From assembly GCA_002794465.1 (NCBI GenBank), contig MTSL01000041.1, positions 47,113 through 79,112 of the forward strand: a stretch of 32,000 bases of DNA, written 5' to 3'. The notes under the pieces were generated by a model, which did no database searches, was not told where the DNA came from, and was given only the letters and a program-made list of their open reading frames with translations. Positions 8,996 to 19,737 of this stretch are shown one piece after another; the stretch's first letter is position 1; each line of letters opens with the position of its first letter. This DNA is from Paramicrosporidium saccamoebae KSL3. Taxonomy: Eukaryota; Fungi; Cryptomycota. The translations under genes and the position numbers were made by a program.

Positions 8996-10384
8996 ATGCC
9001 TGAGGGAATCAGAGATACCGATACGCACCGTATGTCTCGTGGACGGTTAAAGGAAGAGGGTGATGAGCATTCGCATTCACATCCCCAAGGCGGCATGGAA
9101 ATGAATCCATATGGGTGGAGCACTGGATGGCCGGAGCATTTGGCCAGCAATGAGTTGTTGCATGCCGCATCCATCTCACCGAACATGTTGCGGCCCGGTG
9201 CCCTTGGATTACGCTCAAATACCTTATCGGTGTCGCCATTTGCCACTCAACTGCAGCATATAAACCCCGACGAGCCATTGAACCCGAACCAAGTTAAATT
9301 TGTAAATGCCACGGTTGAAATCCTGCAAAGCCAAATTCGCAAAGAGGAGGCCCCCAAAAAAAAGAGAACAAGGACCACTCCTGAGCAGCTAAGGATTCTT
9401 CAAAAGGCCTTCTCGGCCGACTCCATGCCAAACTCTAGTGCGAGACTCACCTTGGCTAAGAAGCTGGGAATGAATGCACGCGCAGTACAGGTCTGGTTCC
9501 AGAATAGACGTGCCAAGGAGAAACTTGAGGCGAAGCGGGCCGAGGTGGGGCAGGTGAGAGATCGTGGCGGCTCACTGCAGAACATGACAATGAAGGACCC
9601 GATGAACTATGTTAGAGCATCCCTGCCTACTCACACACGGCTTCCCCAGCGACACGAAGGTGGAGATGAAGAAAGTCACCCCTTGTATGATCTTGGAATG
9701 TACTTTGGAGACCATTCACTGGCCCAGTACACATCTGGATTTGAGCTGAGTCCGTATGGATACACGATGGAGGGTCTGCCGCAGCAGCAACTGTTTGATG
9801 ATCTTGAGGAAGCCAGCGATGTGTCTACCAATGAAAGCGGAGAATCAGCCAGTCGTCAGCAGTACACTCGATTCCAATCCATGCCAGCGGTTGCATTCTC
9901 CTATGATGGAATGGGTACTTCCCTTGGTCTTGTTTTTGATAATCCACACAACGAAAACGGAGCAGAGGGCGACTCAAAGGTGGGGGAGCGAACAAACTCT
10001 GTCGATGCCCTTGCCATGGCAGGAGATGTGGAGTCTCAGGTAAAGATCTTTTCGACGCCGGCGGCCGGCGAAGCTTTCCTTTCTGCCCCACTGGGACAAG
10101 GCATTCCGATGCCGGTGAAGCAGAGAAGCTTGTCCGTCCCAGAGATATCATCTAGCTACACATCAAGAGGGCCCGTGGAGATTCCGCCGCTATTTAGAAA
10201 TCATGAGCTGTTGGTAATTAAAGAGGAAGACGCTCCCGCAGCAGAAGCACCACAAGTTGCTAAGAGGCTTTCCAACGTGGAAGTTCCTCCTTCCAGTCTC
10301 CTTGGTACATTTTCGGGGATGGCCAACATCATGGCTCTTGACGACATTCAGGCATATTTGGACGGGATGAGCAACGAACTTTAA
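8996..10384 (+). CDS. Homeodomain transcription factor
   Basis: KKKRTRTTPEQLRILQKAFSADSMPNSSARLTLAKKLGMNARAVQVWFQNRRAKEK is a canonical homeodomain with Q50. Start ATG is 8996 or 9032. Confidence 0.93.
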   Translation: MPEGIRDTDTHRMSRGRLKEEGDEHSHSHPQGGMEMNPYGWSTGWPEHLASNELLHAASISPNMLRPGALGLRSNTLSVSPFATQLQHINPDEPLNPNQVKFVNATVEILQSQIRKEEAPKKKRTRTTPEQLRILQKAFSADSMPNSSARLTLAKKLGMNARAVQVWFQNRRAKEKLEAKRAEVGQVRDRGGSLQNMTMKDPMNYVRASLPTHTRLPQRHEGGDEESHPLYDLGMYFGDHSLAQYTSGFELSPYGYTMEGLPQQQLFDDLEEASDVSTNESGESASRQQYTRFQSMPAVAFSYDGMGTSLGLVFDNPHNENGAEGDSKVGERTNSVDALAMAGDVESQVKIFSTPAAGEAFLSAPLGQGIPMPVKQRSLSVPEISSSYTSRGPVEIPPLFRNHELLVIKEEDAPAAEAPQVAKRLSNVEVPPSSLLGTFSGMANIMALDDIQAYLDGMSNEL

Positions 10385-10558
10385 TTGCATCGACGCACAC
10401 ATTTTGATTTACTAAATATTCAGAGTTATAACGGCGTTATATTGCCAATAAACGTGTATAAATGAAGACGCAATATCGAGAGTATATATGTGAGGGCTGG
10501 ATAAGACGAGAGAATTTAATTTCAGTGGTTTCGTATTGTATTGCTGTGTGGTGGGAGT

Positions 10559-10615
10559 TTAGAGTTATGGGGTTTAGAGTTGAGTATTGAGAGTCAAGAG
10601 TCAAGAATTGGGAGT
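10559..10615. repeat. Weak ~7-bp degenerate repeat (TTRAGAG-like)
   Basis: TTTAGAG TTGAGTA TTGAGAG TCAAGAG TCAAGAA TTGGGAG in the spacer between the homeodomain gene and DBP7. Confidence 0.35.
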
Positions 10616-10906
10616 ATTGCCGCGCAGTGAAAAAGATGCTAAAGCATGGGTAATGTCAATACTTCCGCTTCTCGCCTCCGACTCTTCCTTCCACCACATA
10701 TCCCTAGATACCCAGCTAGTCATTCCACTGCTTTACAGCCCGATGGGATCAAATAAACTTCGTGTCTATCCAGCCTAGTATCTCGTATGTAAGACTATAA
10801 GGGTCGACATTAATTGATAATTTCACAACTCACCACATATACAGGAAACGTTCATTAATACTGCGCTCAAAAGATATGGGCATGGCTGGGGACACACCGG
10901 GGTTAC

Positions 10907-12691
10907 ATGGCCAGCGACTTTACTAGTCTTGGGTTGGATCCTGCGCTTTGTGCTGCGGTCCAGGCAGCCTTCTCAATTGAGAAGCCGTCTGATATACAAG
11001 AAAAGGTTATTACTACGGCACTCGGCTTAGAGACACCTCGTGATATACTCATCCGTTCGCGCACTGGTTCAGGAAAGACGCTGGCATTCTTGCTGCCCAT
11101 TCTGCATCGGCTGCTGCTCGAACATCGCCAGAGTGGCAGGACTAGAGAAGCTGCTCGGATGATGGGGACACAATTACTGGTGGTAGTACCAACCCGCGAG
11201 TTGGCTGCCCAGTCACACCAAACTCTGGAGCGTCTTCTCGCAAAACTGCATGGTGCTGATCATTGGCTCGTCAGTGGTACCCTTTCTGGAGGTGATCGTC
11301 GCAAATCGGAAAAAGAGCGACTTCGGAAGGGCGTTCATATTGTCGTCGGCACACCGGGTCGTCTAGTGGACCATCTGAACAATACAGAACGGTGGGCCAA
11401 GCAAATTTCGGCCTGTCGATGGGTCGTTTTTGATGAGGCGGATCGATTATTGGATTCTGGTTTTGAAAAGTTTGTTAAAGAGATTTTGGGTGCGCTGGGA
11501 AAGGGCAGGATCGATAGACTGCAAGTTTGCTTGTGTTCTGCAACAGTGGATGGCAAAAGACAGGACTTGTTTGGATACAAATTGACTGATCCGTTGCTTG
11601 TGTCGGAGGGACCTCTCCGTTTAAAGGCTGCAGATACAAAGACACTCATTACAAATGATTTTAACACTCAACTGGAGCATTTTTATATTGTTTCCCCCAC
11701 AAAAATGCGCCTCGCAGCGCTTCTTGGCTTCCTTGAAGAGTCCTTCTCCAACGCAACACCCCAGAAAATAGTCTTGTTTACAATCTGTTGCGACACGGTG
11801 GATTTCATCTCGTTGCTATTCAATGATCCCACATTCAAAATGCTTCCCAAAGATGTTAACAAATTCAAGCTGCACGGTAGTTTGGAGCACAAGACCCGCA
11901 TCGAGACATTCAATGCCTTTACAAAGGAGACTCGTAATTGTTTATTGGTCTGCACAGACGTGGCTGCACGTGGACTCAACTTGAGTCATGTTTCATGTAT
12001 TGTTCAGTATGATGCGCCTTGCGACATGAACGATTATATCCATCGTGCTGGGCGTACTGCTAGACAAGAGGAAACTGGAAAGTCGGTTCTCTTTCTAATG
12101 CCGTCCGAACGGGATTATATACCAGAATTAGAAAAGAAGAATCTCAAGCTAAAGAAACTCCGATGGGAACCTTTGGTGGAGCGTGTTGCAACAAAGGTAG
12201 ACATAAAAAGCGCGGAAAAGGTGACAGTCGAAGAAACTATTCCTGAAGAAGACCTTACCACCGTAAATCTGGATACAAGAAAGCGCATCTTTGCATGGCT
12301 AGAGCAGCTTCAGGGAAAAATCAAGACCAAGGGACAGCTCTTTTCCCTGGCAAAGTCTGCATATCTGTCGTTCATCAGAGCATACGCGACCCATCCCACT
12401 GTGGAAAAGTCTATTTTTCATATCAAAAAGTTACATTTGGGACATATTGCGGCCACTTTTTTGCTTGATGAAGCACCCAAGGCAGTGGCTGCCAATCGTG
12501 GAAAAGAGGTGCCAGAGGGCAAACCAAAGCGCGATGAGAAGGATTTCAAGGGCGGGAAAGGTGGCAAAGGGAGCAAGGGAGACAAAGGAGGAAACTCCAA
12601 AGGGCCATTCAAGCCAAAGCGTGTGATTAGCGAGTTTGATGCAGGTGATATCGATGCAGTGTTTACAAGAAAACTAAAGAGACCCAAATAA
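10907..12691 (+). CDS. DBP7: DEAD-box RNA helicase DBP7/DDX31-like (60S biogenesis)
   Basis: Q motif, TGSGKT, PTRELA, GTPGRL, DEAD, SAT, TDVAARGL, HRAGRTAR; DBP7-type GGDRRKSEKERLRKGVHIVVGTPG and C-terminal FHIKKLHLGH. Confidence 0.9.
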   Translation: MASDFTSLGLDPALCAAVQAAFSIEKPSDIQEKVITTALGLETPRDILIRSRTGSGKTLAFLLPILHRLLLEHRQSGRTREAARMMGTQLLVVVPTRELAAQSHQTLERLLAKLHGADHWLVSGTLSGGDRRKSEKERLRKGVHIVVGTPGRLVDHLNNTERWAKQISACRWVVFDEADRLLDSGFEKFVKEILGALGKGRIDRLQVCLCSATVDGKRQDLFGYKLTDPLLVSEGPLRLKAADTKTLITNDFNTQLEHFYIVSPTKMRLAALLGFLEESFSNATPQKIVLFTICCDTVDFISLLFNDPTFKMLPKDVNKFKLHGSLEHKTRIETFNAFTKETRNCLLVCTDVAARGLNLSHVSCIVQYDAPCDMNDYIHRAGRTARQEETGKSVLFLMPSERDYIPELEKKNLKLKKLRWEPLVERVATKVDIKSAEKVTVEETIPEEDLTTVNLDTRKRIFAWLEQLQGKIKTKGQLFSLAKSAYLSFIRAYATHPTVEKSIFHIKKLHLGHIAATFLLDEAPKAVAANRGKEVPEGKPKRDEKDFKGGKGGKGSKGDKGGNSKGPFKPKRVISEFDAGDIDAVFTRKLKRPK

Positions 12692-13071
12692 ACCACTAGA
12701 TTAGTTTGATAGCTGTGTATAAAAGACTGAAAATTTCACGACTAGTGCATAGCAGGTTAAAGAATCTCCCGGTTAATGCGAGAGTCAATGTATTGTAAAT
12801 TGGAAATTTCACAATTAGTGCGATAGTTAATTTATGGCAAGTCACATGTTCAACGATTGGTTAGTGTATAGCAAATCACATTTCCAACGATTGGGATTAA
12901 AGCTATCATGCAGCAAATCAAATCCCTCTCCTATCCTACAATTGGCACTTGTGTATACTATTGGGGATTATGCAATTTTGGTCCAATGGCATTTGGCCCC
13001 TGGGGAAACACTGTCGCTGATTGGCTGGTCCGGGCATAAATAATTCCCAACTGAGTTTGCGTCCGACAGAA

Positions 13072-15108
13072 ATGTCAGCGCCTCGCCTCATCTCGGGCAA
13101 TCAACAACTTTCCCAGCAAAATGTCAAAACCATCTCCAAACGCTGCCAGGAGCTTATTGGCCGTGCCGCCTGTATCGACCAGATCCGCATAGACGTGATT
13201 GAGCCGGTCCTGGGATACTATGCGGCCCAGAGTCCCCCCAAGACGCTTGCTGACGACCCGGTATTTTTAGCGTGGCGACTCCTCCGACAAGGGACGATGC
13301 TGTGTCTGTTGCTAAACAACTTTCGTTCGGGAATCTTGGAGACGTTTAATCCCCTAAAGTCGGAAATTAGTGAAAGGAGATTTTCAGATTCGTCGGCAAA
13401 GGAGAACATAAAGATATTCTTGGCAGCCTGTAAGGGCGACTTGTATATGACTGAGGATCAGCTTTTTCCCGAGGGACAGCTCTTCTCTGACGACACTAAC
13501 ACCCTCACCAAGGCCATTGCCATGACCGACACTTTCTTCCAACGCATCGGCAGGATTCAAGCTATCAATTTTGACAAGAAGCTTGAGCAGATGCGAGCGG
13601 AGAACCCGCTCTTTAGTCTAGAACCACCAGAGTCCCAACATACCACAGTGGATGAGAAAAACTTGGATTTGCGTCTGAGGGTCATCAAAGAGATTCTGGA
13701 GACTGAAAGACAATATGTGGGCGACCTGGACAAGCTACAAAGCTATGCAGAAGAGCTGAGAATGGACGAAATCATCTCTCCAGAGGCCCACAGGACAATA
13801 TTCGCAAATCTTGATAAACTTGTCGACTTTCAACGTCGCTTCCTGCTGAAAATGGAGCAAAAGCTGTCCAAAACAGTGCTTAACAATTTGGGGGCATCTT
13901 ACATGGCCGGTGTGGCCCAACTCTTCCTGGACGACGAAAAGGGCTTTTCGGTATACGAAGTATTCTGTACCAACCATAAGAAAGCCACGGAAAAGGTGGT
14001 AGAGGAGATGCCTAATTTGATGAAAAAGGAACGTGTGATGGATCCAAAGACTGTACTGCCTGCCTATCTTATTAAACCGACGCAGCGGATTTGCAAATAC
14101 CCGTTGCTCCTCAGAGAGATGCTTAAACAGTCCACACCCGATGCACCCGATAGAGGTGATCTTGAAAAGGCCTTTACCATGGTTAACAGTGTGACCCTTC
14201 GAGTCAATGAGGTGAGCAGAAGAAATGCCATGGCAGCGGCAGCAGATGAAATGGCAGCCTTCATAAAGGACTGGAAGGGATTGGATAGAAAGATGCTCGG
14301 ACCGTTATTGCTACATGATCTGGGCACCATTGTAATGGGAGACAATGCTAAGGAACTTGATCTATATCTGTATGAAAAGGCACTGATTATGTGTGGAAAG
14401 AGTAAGAGCATTTCAGAAATCAAATTTGGACCTCGCAAGGTGGCCAAAAATCAGCTTGTCATCAAGGGACACATTTTCATCTCACAGATCGCCTCGGTAG
14501 TCAAGACACCCCACAATGGAGATGGTAATTTCTCCCTAAAGATGACTTATCGGAATGTTGACACTGAGTACTGCACATTACGCTTCAACATGGAAGAAAA
14601 GATGAAGAACTGGGCGGTCACTATGGAAAAAATTATTGCGCTCAATAAGCCCAAGGAGCTACCAAAGCCGCCTGTTGTTGCATCTGCATCACTGGTAAAG
14701 GAACGGCGGCGTCGTTCGCTCGTGGCTGCCGCCTTACCGCAGGTCGCACCCAATGTTCCCGATTCCGCAACGCCTCCTACTACTGAGGAGCCGATGCGTT
14801 TAAAGATATTCTATGGGAAGGATATTTATGTGGCCCCCGTATTTATTGATATTGCTACTTTGACAGACCTCAAAACCGAAGTGCTGAGAAAGCTATTAGC
14901 CGCACATAAGATTTTAGGGGCTACCTTTAACTACCGGGTTGAAGACATTTCCCTTAAATACTTTGACGACCAAAAGGATCTGATTAGCCTGCTGGATGAT
15001 ATAGACGTGGACACGGCGCTAACGTTTAGTCCCAACAGCATTTCAGTCAGGGTGCTTTCTAAGAATGGCAAGACTGTCCTCGGACTGGAATCGGTTGATA
15101 GCGAATAG
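13072..15108 (+). CDS. CDC24: Cdc42 guanine-nucleotide exchange factor Cdc24/Scd1 (CH-like, DH, PH, PB1)
   Basis: N-terminal WRLLRQGTMLCLLLN and FLAACK, DH domain (VIKEILETERQYVGDL; YLIKPTQRICKYPLLLREM), PH-like region, C-terminal PB1 (LKYFDDQKDLISLLDDIDV). First ATG is 13072. Confidence 0.9.
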   Translation: MSAPRLISGNQQLSQQNVKTISKRCQELIGRAACIDQIRIDVIEPVLGYYAAQSPPKTLADDPVFLAWRLLRQGTMLCLLLNNFRSGILETFNPLKSEISERRFSDSSAKENIKIFLAACKGDLYMTEDQLFPEGQLFSDDTNTLTKAIAMTDTFFQRIGRIQAINFDKKLEQMRAENPLFSLEPPESQHTTVDEKNLDLRLRVIKEILETERQYVGDLDKLQSYAEELRMDEIISPEAHRTIFANLDKLVDFQRRFLLKMEQKLSKTVLNNLGASYMAGVAQLFLDDEKGFSVYEVFCTNHKKATEKVVEEMPNLMKKERVMDPKTVLPAYLIKPTQRICKYPLLLREMLKQSTPDAPDRGDLEKAFTMVNSVTLRVNEVSRRNAMAAAADEMAAFIKDWKGLDRKMLGPLLLHDLGTIVMGDNAKELDLYLYEKALIMCGKSKSISEIKFGPRKVAKNQLVIKGHIFISQIASVVKTPHNGDGNFSLKMTYRNVDTEYCTLRFNMEEKMKNWAVTMEKIIALNKPKELPKPPVVASASLVKERRRRSLVAAALPQVAPNVPDSATPPTTEEPMRLKIFYGKDIYVAPVFIDIATLTDLKTEVLRKLLAAHKILGATFNYRVEDISLKYFDDQKDLISLLDDIDVDTALTFSPNSISVRVLSKNGKTVLGLESVDSE

Positions 15109-15120
15109 AAAATAAATGGA

Positions 15121-15422
15121 ATGATTTGTATACATGTGAGGTTAATCAATGTCAAGGGAGTGATGATTTGTGTACATGTGAGGTTAATCAATGTCAAAGG
15201 GATAATTTGTATACAGTATAACTTACTCAATGTCAAAGGGGTGATTTGTATACAGTATAACTTACTCAATGTCAAGGGAGTAATGATTTGTATACAGTAT
15301 AATTCACTCAATGTCAAGGGAGCGATTTGTATACGGTATAATTTACTCGATATCAAGGGAGTGGTTTGTATACAGTATAATTTATTCAACGTCAAATGAA
15401 ACGATTTATATACAGCATAATT
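15121..15422. repeat. 39/42-bp minisatellite, 7 full copies plus a partial, with palindromic TGTATACA core
   Basis: Units such as ATGATTTGTATACATGTGAGGTTAATCAATGTCAAGGGAGTG and ATTTGTATACAGTATAACTTACTCAATGTCAAAGGGGTG, directly abutting with no spacers. Confidence 0.92.
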
Positions 15423-15917
15423 CTACCAAACAGCCATTGGAATGTTGAACAGATGCCTGTAGTCCTTCCTTTGGGTAACAATGCGTTCTTCTGACTGAAC
15501 TCGTTGCGCACGTATGACATGTCTCTTTCTTAGTGTCCGCTCTAGCGCTGGCTGTTCACTCAACATCCTCCCAATCAAGCTTGTACTTAGTGTCGGTGTC
15601 TGAAGCATGCCGTCGCCAGCGGTAATGCGCAACTTTATAGCCATGGACTGTTAATGCTATTTCCATTTTGGGCAACGCATGTCGACATTATGATTACCCA
15701 TTATGGAAGCCTAATGTCAATCGTCTGGAGCCCAGGAAGACGTCACCTTCCGATTGCCTTATTTGGTGCTGGAAGGCGGGGGCATTGATTGTTGCATGGT
15801 GGGGAGCATGACTCTGTACATTTGAGGGCTAATCTTGCCGTCTCTCGCCTCTGACTCAAAATAGATCCTTTATTGGGGCTATTGATCTGCTATACACACA
15901 CACACTCTCTCTCTGTT

Positions 15918-17838
15918 TTAAAGAGGGCTTCCGCAAGGACAACTGTACTGCCAATGCGCATGCCAAAAAGGCAAACTGGGCACCTCGTCATGGAATACGG
16001 AAGCAGGTGCAATTGGGGTGAAGCAACTTGGACAGGAGGCACATTGGAGGTCGGGCGAGATCCACCGGCCAGTCACGGCATCACGGTCGCGCGTAACAAG
16101 AGTTGTAGAGCGCAGTGAATTGAGGGTGGAGGCAGTGTCTTTGAATATTACAGACATTGACTCTGACGCATTGGCTTTAATGCTCTCCAAAAAGGCACTT
16201 ATGGCGCCAAGGTTGACGAGGGCGATCGAGCTATCTAGACGGGTCAGATAGGATTTGAAGTAATTCAACAGCGATGGCAATCCCTTTTGCGTGTACTTTT
16301 CAACCGTCACAAATAGGGATTGACGGATGGCGTGGATTAAAAGTATGTTAGACGTCATACGATGGTGGATGGCAGCCACGAGCAACGCTCTATCCCGGAT
16401 CACATCATCTCCAGAAAACACATTTGCCATCCCATCGACAATCTCAATGGTCAGTTCTGTCAACAGCGGAAGCGAATCACACTGGAAACTTAAGTTGCTG
16501 CCGTCGGCTTTTTCGAGAAGTTGCAGGGTACGTCCCATCTCTTCAGTGGATGCAACGGCCACCTCCCAAAAATGACTAGCCCGCCACAGGAAGACGAAAA
16601 ATGCATAGTAGGCAGACATTTGAGGCCATGCGGATAGAATAGAAAAGATGGTGCCTGCAAGATGTGCCTTCCTCATGGAGGGACGCAATAAACGCATCGT
16701 CTCCTCCATGAAAGGGGGGATCAGCTCTATGGATCGGACCGAACAACAGGACATGGCACGAACAATGTCAGAGACACTTCTCCCGAGCATAATGGCCTCT
16801 GGCAGAACAGTAGTGCGATCCTCTGCCAGGGGATCTGTCAAGCGACATTCGAAAATGCAGCCGTCTGAAAAGAGATGGTACAAATAAATGCGATTGGCTG
16901 AAAGACATTGCTTATGCAGAGATGTGCAGTTGGGACTAATTAGCGTTACTGGCACAAGGGCCTCGGGACTGATGACGGCAGTTGCAATGACCTGCATTGC
17001 AGTGACAGAGACTATGGTACATGCGCTCTGGGAGGAGACTAGATAGACAATTGCGCGCTCTCCCCCCGAGATGATGGTTTCGATGGGATGATCCACTATT
17101 AATTGAGAATCCTTGCAAGAATTGTCCGTCAATGAACTGCATCGAATACAGAGTGTGGCAGTCCCAACCCCGCCTACCAATAGCGCTTGTTGCTGACGCA
17201 GGTCCCAGAGAATACAGCTAATGTCCATGGGTGGAAGAGTCCGTTCCCCTATTTCGCGCATTATGCCCACAGTAATGGCCAACTCTATTTCCTTTGCATA
17301 CAGTGAGTTGGGAGCGGAGAGGATTATGAAGAAGGAGATGCGCTCCTCCTGGGGAAAGACAAAATGCACCTTTCTGGGAGCAACTGGGAGTTTTAGGACC
17401 GTCTGGTCAACAAGAAACGGGCCATTTGTGACAATTTGTCTAAAAAGTAGCAGCGTTCCAGACGGTTGCAGAGCAACAAAGGAACGACAGCCCGGCAGAG
17501 CGCCGAGTATGCCCATGGGGATCCATGCGACATCAATAAACCCATTATTCATCCTCTTTACCCTCACTCTCCTCTACAAGGTTATTCATCAAAGCCCATC
17601 CTACGGTTTGGTAATCAACAATGGCCAAATGTCCACTAGCGGTCCATGCGAGCAAAAAGACGGCACCGGACCAAGCCAAGCTAACAGACTCGCCCACGGG
17701 GAATTGGGTGAGGATGAGAGTGCATTCGCGCTTGGTGCTTGCCGCATGATAGTTGGTGTTGACAAAGAGCAGACGCGTTGCATTGTCGGCAGAGACGATG
17801 GTCGTAGCCAAAACGTTTTCATCGGAACAGACGAGCAT
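15918..17838 (-). CDS. Divergent beta-propeller protein with a Med16/Sin4-like Cys-rich C-terminus; intron 17574-17604
   Basis: A 31-nt GT-AG intron joins track ORFs 17545-17880 and 15918-17567 in frame (VDYQT|RRVRVKR). C-terminus CASCPSC...FWHAHWQYSCPCG resembles the Med16 CxxC...WxxxWxxxCxCG motif. 5' end uncertain. Confidence 0.55.
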
Positions 17839-18110
17839 GCTAAGAGAATAACTCCTTTTTCTTTGATCGGACACGTGCAAAAGGCAAATCGTTAAAGCAC
17901 CATGTCAGCCATTAAGCTCCTCATATCCCGCTCCTTTGCAAACTGAATCAGCTCAGCTCAACTCGAATTGGCTCATTGGATCTTTCTGTACTTTATCTCT
18001 TTCATTGCTTACCCCCTCCCTTTTTTCAGTTACTTAATAAACCCATTACAACAATAAAATTTCTTGGCATACAATACAGTTATACTCGCTCCAAGAGAGC
18101 AGTTTATAAT

Positions 18111-19508
18111 TTACGGAGCCTCCGTCATTGTCTCTTCAGGCGGGCTGCGTCGCTTGAATCCAGGGAATCGGATGCTTCCATCGAGAGCATACTTGAGCAC
18201 AAACAGACACAACGCCACTGTAGATACAACCGACGTGACATTGAAGAGCAGATTAGGACCAAACGCTTTGTAGCATCGACCTCCCGCCACCGCAGCCAGC
18301 ACAGTGGGTAATTGCGAGTAGACGGACGTGTACAATGCTTGGGCAGTCGCCTCCAGACCTTTGGGCGCCGAATCGCTCGCCAGCTTGACGCCTGCAAGCT
18401 GTGTGAACCCAAACGCCACTCCCTTCAGCAGCTCAATTAGATAGACGAGCCAGAAATTGGAGGGAGTGGGGGGAAGTATGACATAGGCCCAGCATCGCAC
18501 AACCATGGCGATCTGTCCAAAGACAAGCAGCCAATAGATGCCAAAGATGCGGAGATATGTGGGTCCGAAGAAGAAGATGACAACTTCCAGAAAGATTCCA
18601 AAATTGGCTGCAGTTGCTACCTGCGTCGGTAAAAGCTTGACTCCCTCCTCTAGGTATTTGCTGAGGAAGGTTGTCATGACGGCGCGGGCAGTGCCGGTCA
18701 TAAAGACAACGATCAACATGAATAAATAGCTAGGATTTTTCAAGAGCTGAAAGATGGGACGTGGCTTTTTTGGACCCTCTATTTCCTCCTCTGCCTCCTC
18801 CCCTCCGACAACCAGCTTAGTCTCTTCCGTCTCAGGGGCCATAGACTTGGACTCTATCGGCTTTTCTGGCTTGGGGTTTCTAGAAAATAATCCTTTGAGC
18901 GATTTCGGCTCATCAGCAGGAGCAAGTCCCAGGACGCAAATGGCACAAAGGACCGAACTCGCGGGGATTAGGTAAAAGAGAGCATTGAGACTAAACACTT
19001 GCACCACAACACCAACGAGGGACGTCATTAATCCGTAGGAGATGGTCCCCCAAAGACGCTGTCTTCCGTACAAGTCGCGACTAAATCCAGGCCGATTAGA
19101 CAGCTTCCGCAGTGTCAAGAAGTCAGTCAGCGGTAACATTCCCGACGCAAAGAACGAGTACACTCCCAGTACCGCTGCAGAAAGGTAGAATCGTGCCGTC
19201 ATATTGTTGACGCGTATGACAAACAGAAACAGCTCGAACGAGCCCGCCAAGGCCAAACACAGGACAATGAGCACCGTCCGGTGTCTTCCCAGCGCGTCTG
19301 CCAGCGTACTCCACATTGTCATAAAGCTAAAGCTAACTAAAGCCATCACGGCGCAGAGGTCGCCATATTCATCGTCGTCAAACCCAAGATACTGCTTAAT
19401 AAATTTTGCACGAAAGACGTGCAACGCGTAGAAAGAGGCACAGACGACGAAATAGATGAGCTTGGGCGAGATGAGAAAACGGTCCTCGAGTTTTGCTAAG
19501 AACTGCAT
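18111..19508 (-). CDS. MFS transporter, MFSD6/NupG-like (MFS_1_like)
   Basis: 465-aa ORF with about 12 hydrophobic segments; motifs WSTLADALGRHR, YGRQRLWGTISYG, IELLKGVAFG, ATAQALYTSVY. Confidence 0.88.
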   Translation of the reverse strand: MQFLAKLEDRFLISPKLIYFVVCASFYALHVFRAKFIKQYLGFDDDEYGDLCAVMALVSFSFMTMWSTLADALGRHRTVLIVLCLALAGSFELFLFVIRVNNMTARFYLSAAVLGVYSFFASGMLPLTDFLTLRKLSNRPGFSRDLYGRQRLWGTISYGLMTSLVGVVVQVFSLNALFYLIPASSVLCAICVLGLAPADEPKSLKGLFSRNPKPEKPIESKSMAPETEETKLVVGGEEAEEEIEGPKKPRPIFQLLKNPSYLFMLIVVFMTGTARAVMTTFLSKYLEEGVKLLPTQVATAANFGIFLEVVIFFFGPTYLRIFGIYWLLVFGQIAMVVRCWAYVILPPTPSNFWLVYLIELLKGVAFGFTQLAGVKLASDSAPKGLEATAQALYTSVYSQLPTVLAAVAGGRCYKAFGPNLLFNVTSVVSTVALCLFVLKYALDGSIRFPGFKRRSPPEETMTEAP

Positions 19509-19737
19509 GGTGATATGTCGTTGGTTATTGAACAGTTATTGCCCGGCCTTATCGTCTTCCCATTGGCCTATGAACGTGTATAATCTCCCAAACACGGGCG
19601 AATCAGTGCACTTGACCAATAGTCTACGATTACGTAACTCCAGGACTTATGAATATTGGGGTTGTGTCAAACTTTGACATGGCGTTAAGTGGAATTTGTA
19701 TTGCATAGTGATGACACAAAATAGTGCGAGAGAGGTA

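Noticed and set aside
8677-9246. 189-aa minus ORF as a possible divergent HD1 partner of the homeodomain gene
   Set aside because: No homeodomain-like motif, and it overlaps the 5' end of the real gene antisense.
10559-10615. GGGTTTAG-like stretch as interstitial telomeric repeat
   Set aside because: No tandem run of a consistent telomere unit; only a weak degenerate 7-mer.
15121-15422. Regular 39-42-bp repeats as a CRISPR array, and the 92-aa/154-aa ORFs across them as genes
   Set aside because: Units abut without unique spacers, there are no cas genes and the context is eukaryotic. The ORFs stay open only because the units are 3n; there is no independent coding evidence.
17221-17895. 224-aa plus ORF and other plus ORFs over 15873-17895
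   Set aside because: Antisense to the Med16-like gene, with no motifs.
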